The notes under the pieces are model-generated. The model was not told where the DNA came from, ran no database searches, and worked only from the letters and a program-made list of their open reading frames with translations. Below are positions 8,776-18,339 of a DNA stretch of 32,000 nt, piece by piece; the first letter of the stretch is position 1; the number at the start of each line of letters is the position of its first letter. Position numbers and translations under genes: made by a program. Origin of the DNA: Trichodesmium erythraeum IMS101 (GTDB lineage: Bacteria; Cyanobacteriota; Cyanobacteriia; Cyanobacteriales; Microcoleaceae); NCBI RefSeq assembly GCF_000014265.1, contig NC_008312.1:3030001-3062000 (forward strand), given 5' to 3'.

Positions 8776-10297
8776 TTTTAACCCAGGATATTTTTGTTAA
8801 ACAATTTATATCAAAGTTGTTTGAAGGTTTGAAATTTCCCTGATCAGAAACTGACCATCCCTTGGGGATCTGAATATTGCTTTGTCATGCTATATAAAAC
8901 ATTGGGAAAATTCAAGACTAACAACTTTTTATAAACCTATCACTGAAATATTATGGAAGTGGCAATTATTATAGTTTTGTAACTAAGATTTAGATAAATC
9001 TAAATTTCTTAACAAATACTATCTAGGCTTTACCCTGGATGAAACTGTTGATATAACCCTTATCGTACCTTTGAAGTCTAAGTGTGATAAAAACTTAAAA
9101 AAAGTGGCATCAAATAACTAGCAAACCCTAGTTATTAAACCTAAAAAACTTTAATAAAAATCCATAAAACTTTATATAGTAAGCTTTGGAGCATTTTAAG
9201 TTTTCCCAGAAAAAACAACTCTAATAATGCTTAAACCTTTGTGTTTGCTCTAAAAGTGCAAAGTTCTTGCTCCCCTAAGTTGAAAATATGAGGATTTTCA
9301 GCATCTAAAAGGGGAATTTTTATGGACCATTGACCTGACCCATATCTTCTGTAATTTCCCTAAGCCCTAGTGTCACCCTAAAGACTTTTGAAGCCAGTAT
9401 GCTTGCTATGACCAGGAATATCCACAAGTAATGCTGAAATACTTAGAGGTACACAAAACATACCGTATTAATTTGCTAGGGATACTTGGAAAATTAACCT
9501 AAGCTAGGGTAATGAGAGTTTTGATAGGATTTGCATACCTATCCATGATAGATAACTCTTGTAACTTCGGCTATAGTCCTTTAGACTTGGCTAATAGTTT
9601 AGGTCATGTACCCTCAAGTTTGACCCAATTAATCAATTAAGACTTATCTAGTTTCTAATTGTAAAAACTAGTAATAACATTTTTGAGTTGAGAATCTTTG
9701 ACTTCACATTTTTTCCCAAATAAAAAGCTTGAGGTTCTCAAGTTATGAATCTGTGAAGTCCTCAATTTCTTGCTTAATGTTAAACGTTCGCTACGTAAGT
9801 TACCCTACCCGACTTGTCTTCAAACTGGACATGAGACTTGAACCTCACCCGACTTATCTTTTCAATGCCCCTTGTCATGGGTACATCCCTTTCCTCTATT
9901 ATCAACATATCGTTAATCCATTTATATCTATTAGGTAAGTCTTTATAATGTTGGTTTTGGATATCTTTTGTAATCGAAAGGCGTTTTTGTATAGTGACAA
10001 TATCGGTGCAAAAATTGTTTATTTTTTATTGTGTTGTCAACACCCTTAAACCTTGTTTTTATATGGTCAACTTTTATGAGGTCAGTTAGTCTAAAGGTCA
10101 ATCCACTTACTTATTCATGGCCCCTCTGACTTTCGTCCTAAATTCCACAGGTACCTTTGGAATGTTTTTTTTGCGAAAGTTTGATTACCTTCGTGTTCAT
10201 CAGCCTGTAAGTCTTTGCTAGAAGTCTCACTGATTTTGGTAGTTAGAGCTTCGACCTATTTGAACAAACTTCAATGATTGATTTTCAGTCTTTACTA

Positions 10298-10440
10298 TGT
10301 AGCCCACGTTGTCAAACCAACAACAAGGCGGTTAGAATTTCACCAACAAGGAGATAAGTTTATCCTCAAGTCAAAGTGTTAACTTCATGTGTTGATTAGG
10401 GAAGGCCATTTATACCTAATTCCTTGGTTTAGTAGCCAAC
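10298..10440 (+). pseudogene. IS1-like transposase N-terminal zinc-ribbon fragment (stops and frameshift)
   Basis: One frame reads CSPRCQTNNKAVRISPTRR*. After a frameshift it reads GDKFILKSKC*. This is the same CxxC...GK..Y.CK.C pattern as the fragments at 21.1-21.8 kb. Confidence 0.3.
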
Positions 10441-10733
10441 CAGTCCCACGTCCAGAAAAAAAATATCATCATTAGCAGTATTTTATAAATATATATATTA
10501 ACTTTTGTAACTAGATACAAGAAGTTATTCCTTCTTTTTGAAGAGAGTCTGTGGCAGAAGGCAGAAAAATAAGGGAAGCAGAAGAAATGAGGAGAGCAAT
10601 TTAACCATTAATATAGTTGTGAGTTATGAGCTCTGATAAATATTAATTCTAATTCAGATATTTGAAGCTTATGGCTTAATGGCTTTCTTGGATCAACAAA
10701 TCCTACTCAGCAAACTCTAATGAAATTAAGGTT

Positions 10734-10755
10734 AAAAACCAGGAATTTTTTCCTG
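10734..10755 (-). terminator. Rho-independent terminator candidate downstream of trmD
   Basis: The minus strand reads CAGGAA-aaaa-TTCCTG followed by GTTTTT. It lies ~110 nt after the trmD stop. Confidence 0.45.
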
Positions 10756-10868
10756 ATTCATTTGACTGGGAAAAATGCAAAAAATTTTACATGAAAATTA
10801 TGGGCTATTGCCTATTTCCTATTTCCTGCCTTTAAGCCTTAAAATATTTTCACAAAATTTTGATTCAA

Positions 10869-11552
10869 TCAATTATCATCATTTTTGAGCAAATCTGGAC
10901 GACGAGATTTTGTTCTCTGAAGTTGTTGTTGATAACGCCATCTTGCTATTTCGGCATGATGCCCTGAGAGTAAAACTTCAGGAACTTTCCAACCACGAAA
11001 GTTAGCAGGTCGAGTATATTGAGGATAGTCAAGTAATCCCGATTCAAAACTTTCACATTCTAAGGATTCAGCCTTTCCTACAGTTCCAGGAAGTAGTCGA
11101 ACTACACCATTAATTAAAGCTAAAGCTGGTATTTCTCCGCCTGTAAGGACAAAATCTCCTAAAGATACTTCTCTACTAACTAAATATTGGACTCTTTCAT
11201 CAATACCTTCATAATGGCCACAAATTAGAATTAGTTGTTCATAATCTGTAGCTAGTTCTCGAAATAGTCCTTGGTGCATTCTTTTTCCCTGAGGAGTTAA
11301 TAGAATTACTTCTCGTTTGGAAAGAGTTGGCAATGATTCTACAGCAGCAAATATAGGCTCTGGTTTTAAAACCATTCCTACTCCTCCACCATAAGACTCA
11401 TCATCAACTTTTTTATACTTATCTGTGGTATAATTACGAGGATTAACTAGATTAACCTTGGCAATATTTTTGTTAAAGGCTCTCCCTAGTAAACCTGAAT
11501 TTAGAGGTGTTGTAAAAAAATCTGGGAACAGGGTAATAACATCAAATCGCAC
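10869..11552 (-). CDS. trmD: tRNA (guanine37-N1)-methyltransferase
   Basis: Contains TrmD motifs: MRFDVITLFPDFF, YGGGVGMVLKPEP, LICGHYEGIDERV and SLGDFVLTGGE. Length 227 aa. GTG start. Confidence 0.93.
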   Translation of the reverse strand: MRFDVITLFPDFFTTPLNSGLLGRAFNKNIAKVNLVNPRNYTTDKYKKVDDESYGGGVGMVLKPEPIFAAVESLPTLSKREVILLTPQGKRMHQGLFRELATDYEQLILICGHYEGIDERVQYLVSREVSLGDFVLTGGEIPALALINGVVRLLPGTVGKAESLECESFESGLLDYPQYTRPANFRGWKVPEVLLSGHHAEIARWRYQQQLQRTKSRRPDLLKNDDN

Positions 11553-11959
11553 AGAAGTAAAATTAAGTTATAAGGTTTTATAAAAAATGTATGACATTCT
11601 TGAGAGTTACAATAATTGCGCAAAAGGTATGTAATTAATGTAATTGCCATAACTTAGGAAGGAATCTAAAAAACTAATGTATCATAAAAATGCGTAAACC
11701 CTGATTGATTTTATAAAGCAGACTATGGGGTTACAAGTCCTTAGACTAAGCAAGCACTTTTCTGGAAAAATTATTTATAGAAACTGTCAAAAGAATTGTT
11801 GGATATATTCGGCATCAAGTATATATTTCGGTTTTTTACTAATGTCTCTATGTATAGTCACTATGGCATCATATTTTGATGCTCCTGGTCTAATAAAACT
11901 ATAATTATTAGATTCAAACGGTGCGTTTTATTCCAGCTCTAACATATTTTGTCTATTTA

Positions 11960-12215
11960 GAAGGTTTGCTAAGGGGCGATCCCTGTTTGGGAGAAAGCTT
12001 TTTAATTCCATCCATCCCAGCAGTTTTCTTACCTTGGTTATCCTGGAATGCCCGTCTAACAGATAGGACCAAGGCATAATAACTTTTGGGCATAAATCTC
12101 ATTTACCCATCTTGCAGATTTTTCCACGTCTGGATGCTTTGTAAATTAAAAAGCATCAATTTTTGCAACTTAAATATATTCTTCAGAACGCTCTGCCAGT
12201 CTGTGTCTTTCAATA
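11960..12215 (-). mobile_element. Group II intron-encoded reverse transcriptase/maturase, N-terminal fragment only (relic)
   Basis: Hand translation of the minus strand gives DWQSVLKNIFKLQKLMLFNLQSIQTWKNLQDG*MRFMPKSYYALVLSVRRAFQDNQGKKTAGMDGIKKLSPKQGSPL. The block VRR..QDNQGKKTAG.DG.K.L.P.Q is the conserved RT-0/RT-1 region of bacterial group II intron IEPs. There is one in-frame stop. No downstream RT domains and no recognisable intron RNA domains were seen. Confidence 0.6.
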
Positions 12216-12693
12216 AAAGATTAGGATTAACATTTACCTGGAACGTTATAAGGATATAAGAGTTATCTCTAGCTTGGGGTTTTCCTCCTGTATTAAGCTA
12301 TGATAGATATCTATTGTCCCAATACTGGGCATAAAGTGGGTATATAATTATACCACAATAAATAAATACAAATTTATAGAACCTATTCCATAGCTCCTTG
12401 GCTAATAATTAGCCCTAAATTTTATTGTTTTAATTATGATTGGCATAAATAAATAGTTTTCAGTTGTCCATTACAGAAGTTTTAAATGGATAAAATTGCT
12501 CAGTAAGCTAGCTACTTCAACAAAGGTATTTAGCTAAAATAAGGAGACTAAATGAGTTATAATTAAAATAATCAAATGTTGAAAAATTATAGAGCAAGTT
12601 GGGTACTTGCAAGGTTATAAGATAATCTACTATCATAACAGATTATTAAAATTATCAAAATTGAATGTGTACCTGCTTTCTAAGATTAACAAT

Positions 12694-13569
12694 ATGCAGT
12701 TAGAGTCTCAAAGCTTAGAACTAGATACATTACGTCCGACAAAAACAACTATTATGGTGATTGGAGGGGCAGAGGATAAAGTTCATGGAAAAGAGATTCT
12801 ACAAACTTTTTTTAATCGTTCAGGAGGAGTAAATGCTAAACTAGCAGTTATTCCTTCCGCTTCGAGAGAACCGGGATCCCAAGGAGATAGATACCGCAAG
12901 GTGTTTAAAGACATGGGTACTCTGAATGATAATATTAGAATATTTGATATTCGGGAAAGGTATCAAGGAGAAGACCCAATCTGGTTAAAGTATTTGGAAG
13001 ACTGCACTGGAGTATTTATGACTGGTGGAGACCAACTACGTCTTTGTTCCTTACTTGCTGAGACACCTTTAATGGACAATATTAGAAGTAAAGCCCTAGA
13101 AGGAAAAATCGCCCTAGCTGGAACAAGTGCAGGGGCAGCAGTGATGGGCTACCACATGATAGCAGGTGGTGGTAGTGGCTCATCTCCCAATAGGTCTTTA
13201 GTTGACATAACAAAAGGTCTAGCTATATTGCCAGACTTAATAGTAGACCAACATTTTCATAACAGAAATCGTATGGCCCGTTTATTAAGCGCGATCGCCA
13301 CTCATTCAGACAAAGTTGGTATAGGCATAGATGAAGATACCTGCGCATTGTTTGAAAGAGACAGTATGATCCAAGTTATGGGTAAAGGTACAGTCACAAT
13401 TATAGATCCAGTAGAAATGTCCTATACAAATTCAGCAAAAGTAGGGGTAGAAGATCCTTTGAGTTTATCGAATCTCAGAGTACATATACTATGTCATGGT
13501 GATGGTTACGATCTCCATTCCCACACTATGAAACCAGGACTTTCTGAAACAATTATGCCTCTAGACTAA
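12694..13569 (+). CDS. cphB: Cyanophycinase (peptidase S51)
   Basis: Contains VIGGAEDK, VFMTGGDQLRL and the catalytic-Ser context GTSAGAAVMG. It lies immediately upstream of cphA, as in other cyanobacteria. I prefer the ATG at 12694 (291 aa) over the TTG at 12607 given by the ORF track. Confidence 0.9.
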   Translation: MQLESQSLELDTLRPTKTTIMVIGGAEDKVHGKEILQTFFNRSGGVNAKLAVIPSASREPGSQGDRYRKVFKDMGTLNDNIRIFDIRERYQGEDPIWLKYLEDCTGVFMTGGDQLRLCSLLAETPLMDNIRSKALEGKIALAGTSAGAAVMGYHMIAGGGSGSSPNRSLVDITKGLAILPDLIVDQHFHNRNRMARLLSAIATHSDKVGIGIDEDTCALFERDSMIQVMGKGTVTIIDPVEMSYTNSAKVGVEDPLSLSNLRVHILCHGDGYDLHSHTMKPGLSETIMPLD

Positions 13570-13879
13570 TAGAATTTCTGATAATTTATCAGTTCTTGAG
13601 CAGTTAGTCTCTGCAAATGAGTAGCTGATCTAATTGGTAGACAGGAAGCATAATTATACTGAATACTATGTATAGTAGCCAAAATTAATAGAAAGCCAAA
13701 ATTCTTCTACCATCAAAGGATTATCAAAAAACTGATAAATTGATCGGATATTTTCAAGATGGAGAAAGGATTAGCGCATCCTCAAAAAAGTTTGTAGTAA
13801 ACAGTCTAGTCAATGGTATGAGCTGAAATTAAAAATGCCATTGCTTCTCTGATTCTAAGCATTACCTTAAAATCCTCCT

Positions 13880-16588
13880 ATGAAAATCCTCAAACTCCAG
13901 ACATTACGTGGTCCAAATTATTGGAGCATACACCGCCATAAGCTGGTAGTTATGCGTCTAGATTTGGAAGATCTTTACGAAAAATATACATCTGACATCC
14001 CTGGTTTCTACAAAGGATTAACAGAAGTTCTACCAAGTTTGGTAGAACACCTTTGTTCGCCTGGAGTCAAGGGTGGTTTCCTAACTCGTGTGGAAAAAGG
14101 AACATTAATAGGCCATGTAATCGAACACGTTGCCATAGAATTACAAGAGCTAGCAGGAATGCCAGTTGGTTTTGGTAGGACAAGGGAAACATCTACTACA
14201 GGAGTATTCCAGGTAGTAATAGAATATGAAAATGAACAAGCAGGTCGTTATGCAGCACGAGCAGCAGTAAGGCTTTGCCAAAGTATTGTTGACACAGGTA
14301 CATATCCAGCAACAGAATTACAGCAAGATTTAGAAGACCTTAAGGAATTAAAAAATCAGGCATCTTTAGGTCCAAGTACAGAAGCTATAGTTAAAGAAGC
14401 AGAAGCAAGAGGTATTCCTTGGACTCAACTAGGTGCTAGGTTTATGATTCAGTTTGGTTATGGGGTTAATCAAAAGAAAATTCAGGCAACCCTAAGTAAC
14501 CAAACCGGAATTCTTGGTGTAGAACTTGCTTGTGACAAAGAAGGCACAAAAAGAATTCTCAAAGATGCAGGAGTACCAGTACCTCGTGGTACAGTTGCTC
14601 GTTATTTTGATGAGCTTCAAGATGCTATTGAATATGTCGGAGGCTATCCTATTGTCATTAAACCTCTAGACGGAAATCATGGTCGTGGCATTACCATAGA
14701 TGTTAAAAATTGGCAAGAGGCAGAAGAAGCATACGATTTAGCTAGAAAAGCTTCGAAAACAAAAACTGTAATTGTTGAACGTTACTACACGGGCAAAGAC
14801 CACCGAGTTTTAGTAGTAAATGGCAAAGTTGTAGCTGTAGCTGAACGAGTTCCAGCCCATGTGGTGGGAAATGGTAAGTCTACAATAGCGGAACTAATTG
14901 AAGAGACCAATAGAGATCCTCAAAGAGGGGATGGACATGATAACATCTTGACTCGAATAACGGTAGATAAGTCTGCCCTTGATATTCTAGGAAAACAGGG
15001 ATACAGTATAGATTCAATACCTCTCAAAGGAAAAAAGTGCTTTTTAAGAGCAACGGCTAATCTAAGCACTGGTGGTATAGCAGTAGACCGCACTGATGAG
15101 ATACACCCGGAAAATGTTTGGCTATTATCTAGAGTTGCTAAGATAATTGGTCTAGATATTGCAGGTATAGATGTAGTTACTGAAGATATTTCTCAACCAC
15201 TACGAGAAGTGGAAGGAGTTATAGTAGAGGTTAATGCTGCCCCTGGTTTCCGGATGCATGTTGCTCCTAGTAGAGGTCTAGCAAGAAATGTGGCGGGGGC
15301 AGTGATGGATATGTTATTCCCCGGATCAAAAAATGGACGAATACCAATATTGTCTGTTACTGGCACTAATGGAAAGACAACTACTACACGACTACTGGCT
15401 CATATTATTAAACAGACAGGTAAAGTAGTTGGATATACTACTACTGATGGTACTTATATTGGTGAGTATTTGGCTGAAACTGGTGATAATACTGGACCTC
15501 AAAGTGCACATTTAATTCTTTCAGACCCTACAGTAGAGGTCGCTGTTTTAGAAACAGCACGGGGTGGTATTTTGCGTTCTGGTTTAGGTTTTTCAAGTTG
15601 TGAGGTGGGAATAGTATTAAATGTAACTGCCGATCACTTGGGTATTGGAGATATAGATACCATAGAACAATTGGCTAAACTAAAAAGTGTAGTAGCTGAG
15701 TCGGTAATGCCAAAAGGATATGCAGTTTTGAATGCTGAAGACCCATTAGTCGCAGCTATGGCAGATAGAGTTAAAGGTCAAGTTGCTTATTTCTCAATGG
15801 ATCCAAATAATGAATTGTTATTAAGACATACAGAAGCAGGGGGTCTGGCAGCAATTTATGAGAATGGCTATATTTCAATTTTGAAAGGGGATTGGACTTT
15901 AAGAATTGAAAAAGCAGTTAATGTGCCAATTACAATGGCTGGTAAAGCTCCTTTTATGATTGCTAATGCTCTGGCAGCTTGTTTGGCAGTTTTTACTCAA
16001 GGAGTAAAGATAGAGCATATTCGGAAAGGTTTGTCAACTTTTGTGGCTTCAGTGGATCAAACTCCAGGCCGGATGAATATGTTTAATATGGGTAGTTATC
16101 ATGCTTTGGTAGATTATGCTCATAATCCTGCTAGCTATGAAGCATTAGGTGGATTTGTCAGAAATTGGCCGGGAAAACGAATTGGTGTGGTTGGTGGACC
16201 AGGCGATCGCCGTGATGAAGACTTTGTTTCTCTTGGAGAACTAGCAGCAGATATCTTTGATGAAATTATTATTAAAGAAGATGATGATACTAGAGGACGA
16301 CCTAGAGGGAATGCTGCTGAGCTTATTTGTCAGGGTGTAAAACAGTTTTTAAATGGAATAAAAAATTCTGAATCAAAAGCTACTTATGAGTCAATATTAG
16401 ATGAGACAGCAGCTATTAATACAGCTTTAGACAGAGCTCCAATTGATGGATTAGTAGTGATTTTACCAGAAAGTGTTAACAGAGCTATTAGTTTAATAGA
16501 AGGTCGTCACGTTATTCAAGATATTGAATTGCTTCAAGATAGTCAAAGAGAGCCTAAGGATCAAGAAGTTTTAAAAAGTTCAATTTAA
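13880..16588 (+). CDS. cphA: Cyanophycin synthetase
   Basis: 902 aa. The N-terminal half is ATP-grasp (YPIVIKPLDGNHGRGI, EVNAAPGF). The C-terminal half is Mur-ligase-like with the P-loop GTNGKTTTTRL. The MKILK..LRGPNYWS N-terminus is characteristic of CphA. Confidence 0.95.
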   Translation: MKILKLQTLRGPNYWSIHRHKLVVMRLDLEDLYEKYTSDIPGFYKGLTEVLPSLVEHLCSPGVKGGFLTRVEKGTLIGHVIEHVAIELQELAGMPVGFGRTRETSTTGVFQVVIEYENEQAGRYAARAAVRLCQSIVDTGTYPATELQQDLEDLKELKNQASLGPSTEAIVKEAEARGIPWTQLGARFMIQFGYGVNQKKIQATLSNQTGILGVELACDKEGTKRILKDAGVPVPRGTVARYFDELQDAIEYVGGYPIVIKPLDGNHGRGITIDVKNWQEAEEAYDLARKASKTKTVIVERYYTGKDHRVLVVNGKVVAVAERVPAHVVGNGKSTIAELIEETNRDPQRGDGHDNILTRITVDKSALDILGKQGYSIDSIPLKGKKCFLRATANLSTGGIAVDRTDEIHPENVWLLSRVAKIIGLDIAGIDVVTEDISQPLREVEGVIVEVNAAPGFRMHVAPSRGLARNVAGAVMDMLFPGSKNGRIPILSVTGTNGKTTTTRLLAHIIKQTGKVVGYTTTDGTYIGEYLAETGDNTGPQSAHLILSDPTVEVAVLETARGGILRSGLGFSSCEVGIVLNVTADHLGIGDIDTIEQLAKLKSVVAESVMPKGYAVLNAEDPLVAAMADRVKGQVAYFSMDPNNELLLRHTEAGGLAAIYENGYISILKGDWTLRIEKAVNVPITMAGKAPFMIANALAACLAVFTQGVKIEHIRKGLSTFVASVDQTPGRMNMFNMGSYHALVDYAHNPASYEALGGFVRNWPGKRIGVVGGPGDRRDEDFVSLGELAADIFDEIIIKEDDDTRGRPRGNAAELICQGVKQFLNGIKNSESKATYESILDETAAINTALDRAPIDGLVVILPESVNRAISLIEGRHVIQDIELLQDSQREPKDQEVLKSSI

Positions 16589-16628
16589 CACTAAATTATA
16601 TTAGATCTTCTTGGGAGTGAAGTATTAT

Positions 16629-16695
16629 TGGAAACTGGGTTTATAGAAGATAGATATCAGTATGGTAGTTAATCTATCACTTTCCCCAGTTTCCA
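16629..16695 (+). terminator. Compound stem-loop 40 nt after the cphA stop
   Basis: Outer 11-bp perfect stem TGGAAACTGGG (16629-16639) / CCCAGTTTCCA (16685-16695). Inner 7-bp stem GATAGAT (16649-16655) / ATCTATC (16672-16678). Followed by GATTTTAG. Confidence 0.35.
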
Positions 16696-16846
16696 GATTT
16701 TAGAATACAACCAAGCTGAAGGTGAGACACAAATTTAGTGGGTTAGATGCCATAACAACAAGTTTTTTACTATTAATGACTTGTAAATCATTTTTCCGAA
16801 AATGGGTAGGGCTTCAGACCTATCTTATTCTATTGATAAAAAAAAA

Positions 16847-16873
16847 GGGATTGAAATTGAAAATTTCAATCCC
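16847..16873. terminator. Bidirectional rho-independent terminator between convergent cphA and the HLIP gene
   Basis: GGGATTGAAATT-gaa-AATTTCAATCCC forms a 12-bp perfect stem. It is flanked by A9 upstream and TTTT downstream, so a T-run follows the hairpin on both strands. Confidence 0.6.
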
Positions 16874-17083
16874 TTTTCTATTTACTGGAGAGTACAAAGT
16901 TCTCCTAAAAACTATTGGCTTTGAAGGCTGAAAACATTATAGGAATTGGCTTACAGCATTTATATTTTTTTAAGAAACTTTCTAACCTTCAGATAGCTGT
17001 AAGCCTGAGCTAGAAATAGTTCTGAGAAGAACTTTCTACTATTTAGTCTATTTAGTTAAAGTAACAAAAAAATATTAGAAGAA

Positions 17084-17227
17084 TTACATTAAACCAATTT
17101 GGGAAAGAATACCTTGACCTGTTAATAGTTCTGTAGCAATACCGATAATAAAACCTAACATAGCCAAGCGACCATTCCAAGTTTCTGCAAACTCTGTGAA
17201 ACCTAACTTTTTCTCTTGGTTATCCAT
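17084..17227 (-). CDS. hli: High-light-inducible protein (HLIP/Scp, CAB-like single helix), 47 aa (below ORF-track cutoff)
   Basis: Hand translation gives [47 protein letters not shown]. It contains the chlorophyll-binding motif E..NGR.AM.GF. Confidence 0.85.
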   Translation of the reverse strand: MDNQEKKLGFTEFAETWNGRLAMLGFIIGIATELLTGQGILSQIGLM

Positions 17228-17245
17228 ATTTACTATTTTTATTGT

Positions 17246-17263
17246 GTTTTAAGTTCTTGTAAT
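17246..17263 (-). promoter_or_regulatory. HLR1-like direct repeat (possible RpaB site) upstream of hli
   Basis: The minus strand reads ATTACAAG-aa-CTTAAAAC. The HLR1 consensus is (G/T)TTACA(T/A)(T/A)nn(G/T)TTACA(T/A)(T/A). The first half matches TTACA 5/5 and the second half 4/5. It lies 19-36 nt upstream of the ATG. Confidence 0.25.
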
Positions 17264-18339
17264 ATAGCTTAACTTAAAATTTCAAAGTTGGCAACATTAT
17301 TTAATATTTTTATGTGGCCCAAGAGTGAGGGTATGGATAAAAGGACGAAATAGGTGTAAACTTAATAAATATAATTAAAGACTCTTAAATTTAAGGTAGC
17401 CCTTGTAAGTAGGCACACAAAATTAATTACATCTAATATATATGTGAAACTGAACCTCTTATACGATATGCCTTATGTCAAACTAGAATAGATAAACAAT
17501 TTTGTTTAGCCACTTAACTTATTTATTAATTCTTTAGGCAGTTATGTAGATTTTAAAATTAACAGTAAGAATAGCCAAAGTTTAGAAAACTCAACAAAAT
17601 CATGTCCACAGTTTAAAAGACTAACAAATTTTCTTAGAAAATAAAAATAAATATGGAAGGTTGTAAAGTTAAGGGTCTGAAGATTGACACAAAAAAACTA
17701 TTATGTGTTTGATGTTGAAGCTAGAGGCAAAATTCAGAAAGAAACAGTAGTTTCTAAAAATTAGAATAAGGGATATATGTAACTAGAATCTGCAGTAGTT
17801 TGTTTAGCTAGCTAAACGATGCAAATCATATTGTTCAACCTATTTTTATGTTTAATATTTGTGGTGGCAAGTCAATTAATAAAAAACTAATTTGAAAGCT
17901 GAAGCTAGTTGTTAAACTTTAAATGGTGATGACGATACATTAACTTTAGAAGTGCTAAAAAAACAAATATTTATCAATTTTTATTTGATAGTTACCTTGA
18001 AGATAATGAAGGATAATTGATAAATTCAATGGTAAATATGTAAAAATTAACAACTATTAAGATAAAAAATTATCAAAAAAACTCGTCTTAACTAAATTTT
18101 TGCTAATACTAAAAATAGATTTAAATAGACTTAAACAAACTATATTTTGCAGTTAATAAAGGTAAACTGAGGATCTAATTACTAAAATCATTTATCAGGA
18201 ATTTAACCTTCATAGAGTATTTATTTTATCCGTAAATTAATTAGTAAAAAGTACTAATTTTTAATAATAAGTTTATAGGTCAAATTAATGGGTTTTTATC
18301 AACTTCAATTTAATAATATTTGATAAATATAAAAGCTAT

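Noticed and set aside
9831-9848. tRNA/tmRNA-like T-arm (minus strand ggtgaggttcaagtctcat)
   Set aside because: A canonical 5-bp T-stem with a 7-nt loop cannot be drawn; only a 4-bp stem with an 8-nt loop is possible. No acceptor stem or anticodon arm could be built around it.
9729-9938. 69-aa ORF on the plus strand
   Set aside because: It has a TTG-type start, no motif and an odd composition. It sits inside a region that looks like decayed or RNA-like sequence.
10119-10138. RNase P RNA P4-like motif (minus strand ggacgaaagtcagaggggcc)
   Set aside because: It only loosely resembles GAGGAAAGUCCGGGC. The universally conserved residues are not matched and the flanks lack the other conserved RNase P regions.
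11921-11925. GTGCG on the plus strand as a group II intron 5' end
   Set aside because: The RT fragment is on the opposite strand and nothing downstream on the plus strand resembles intron domain I. A 5-mer match is expected by chance.
12503-12515. NtcA-like site GTAagctagcTAC upstream of cphB
   Set aside because: The spacing is GTA-N7-TAC and not the required GTA-N8-TAC. No suitably placed -10 box was identified.
12607-12693. N-terminal 29-aa extension of cphB from the TTG start in the ORF track
   Set aside because: The extension (MQGYKIIYYHNRLLKLSKLNVYLLSKINN) is AT-noise-like. The ATG at 12694 gives a protein of typical cyanophycinase length.
16722-16931. 69-aa ORF on the plus strand
   Set aside because: It spans a 12-bp perfect terminator hairpin with A/T runs, has a GTG-type start and has low-complexity composition.
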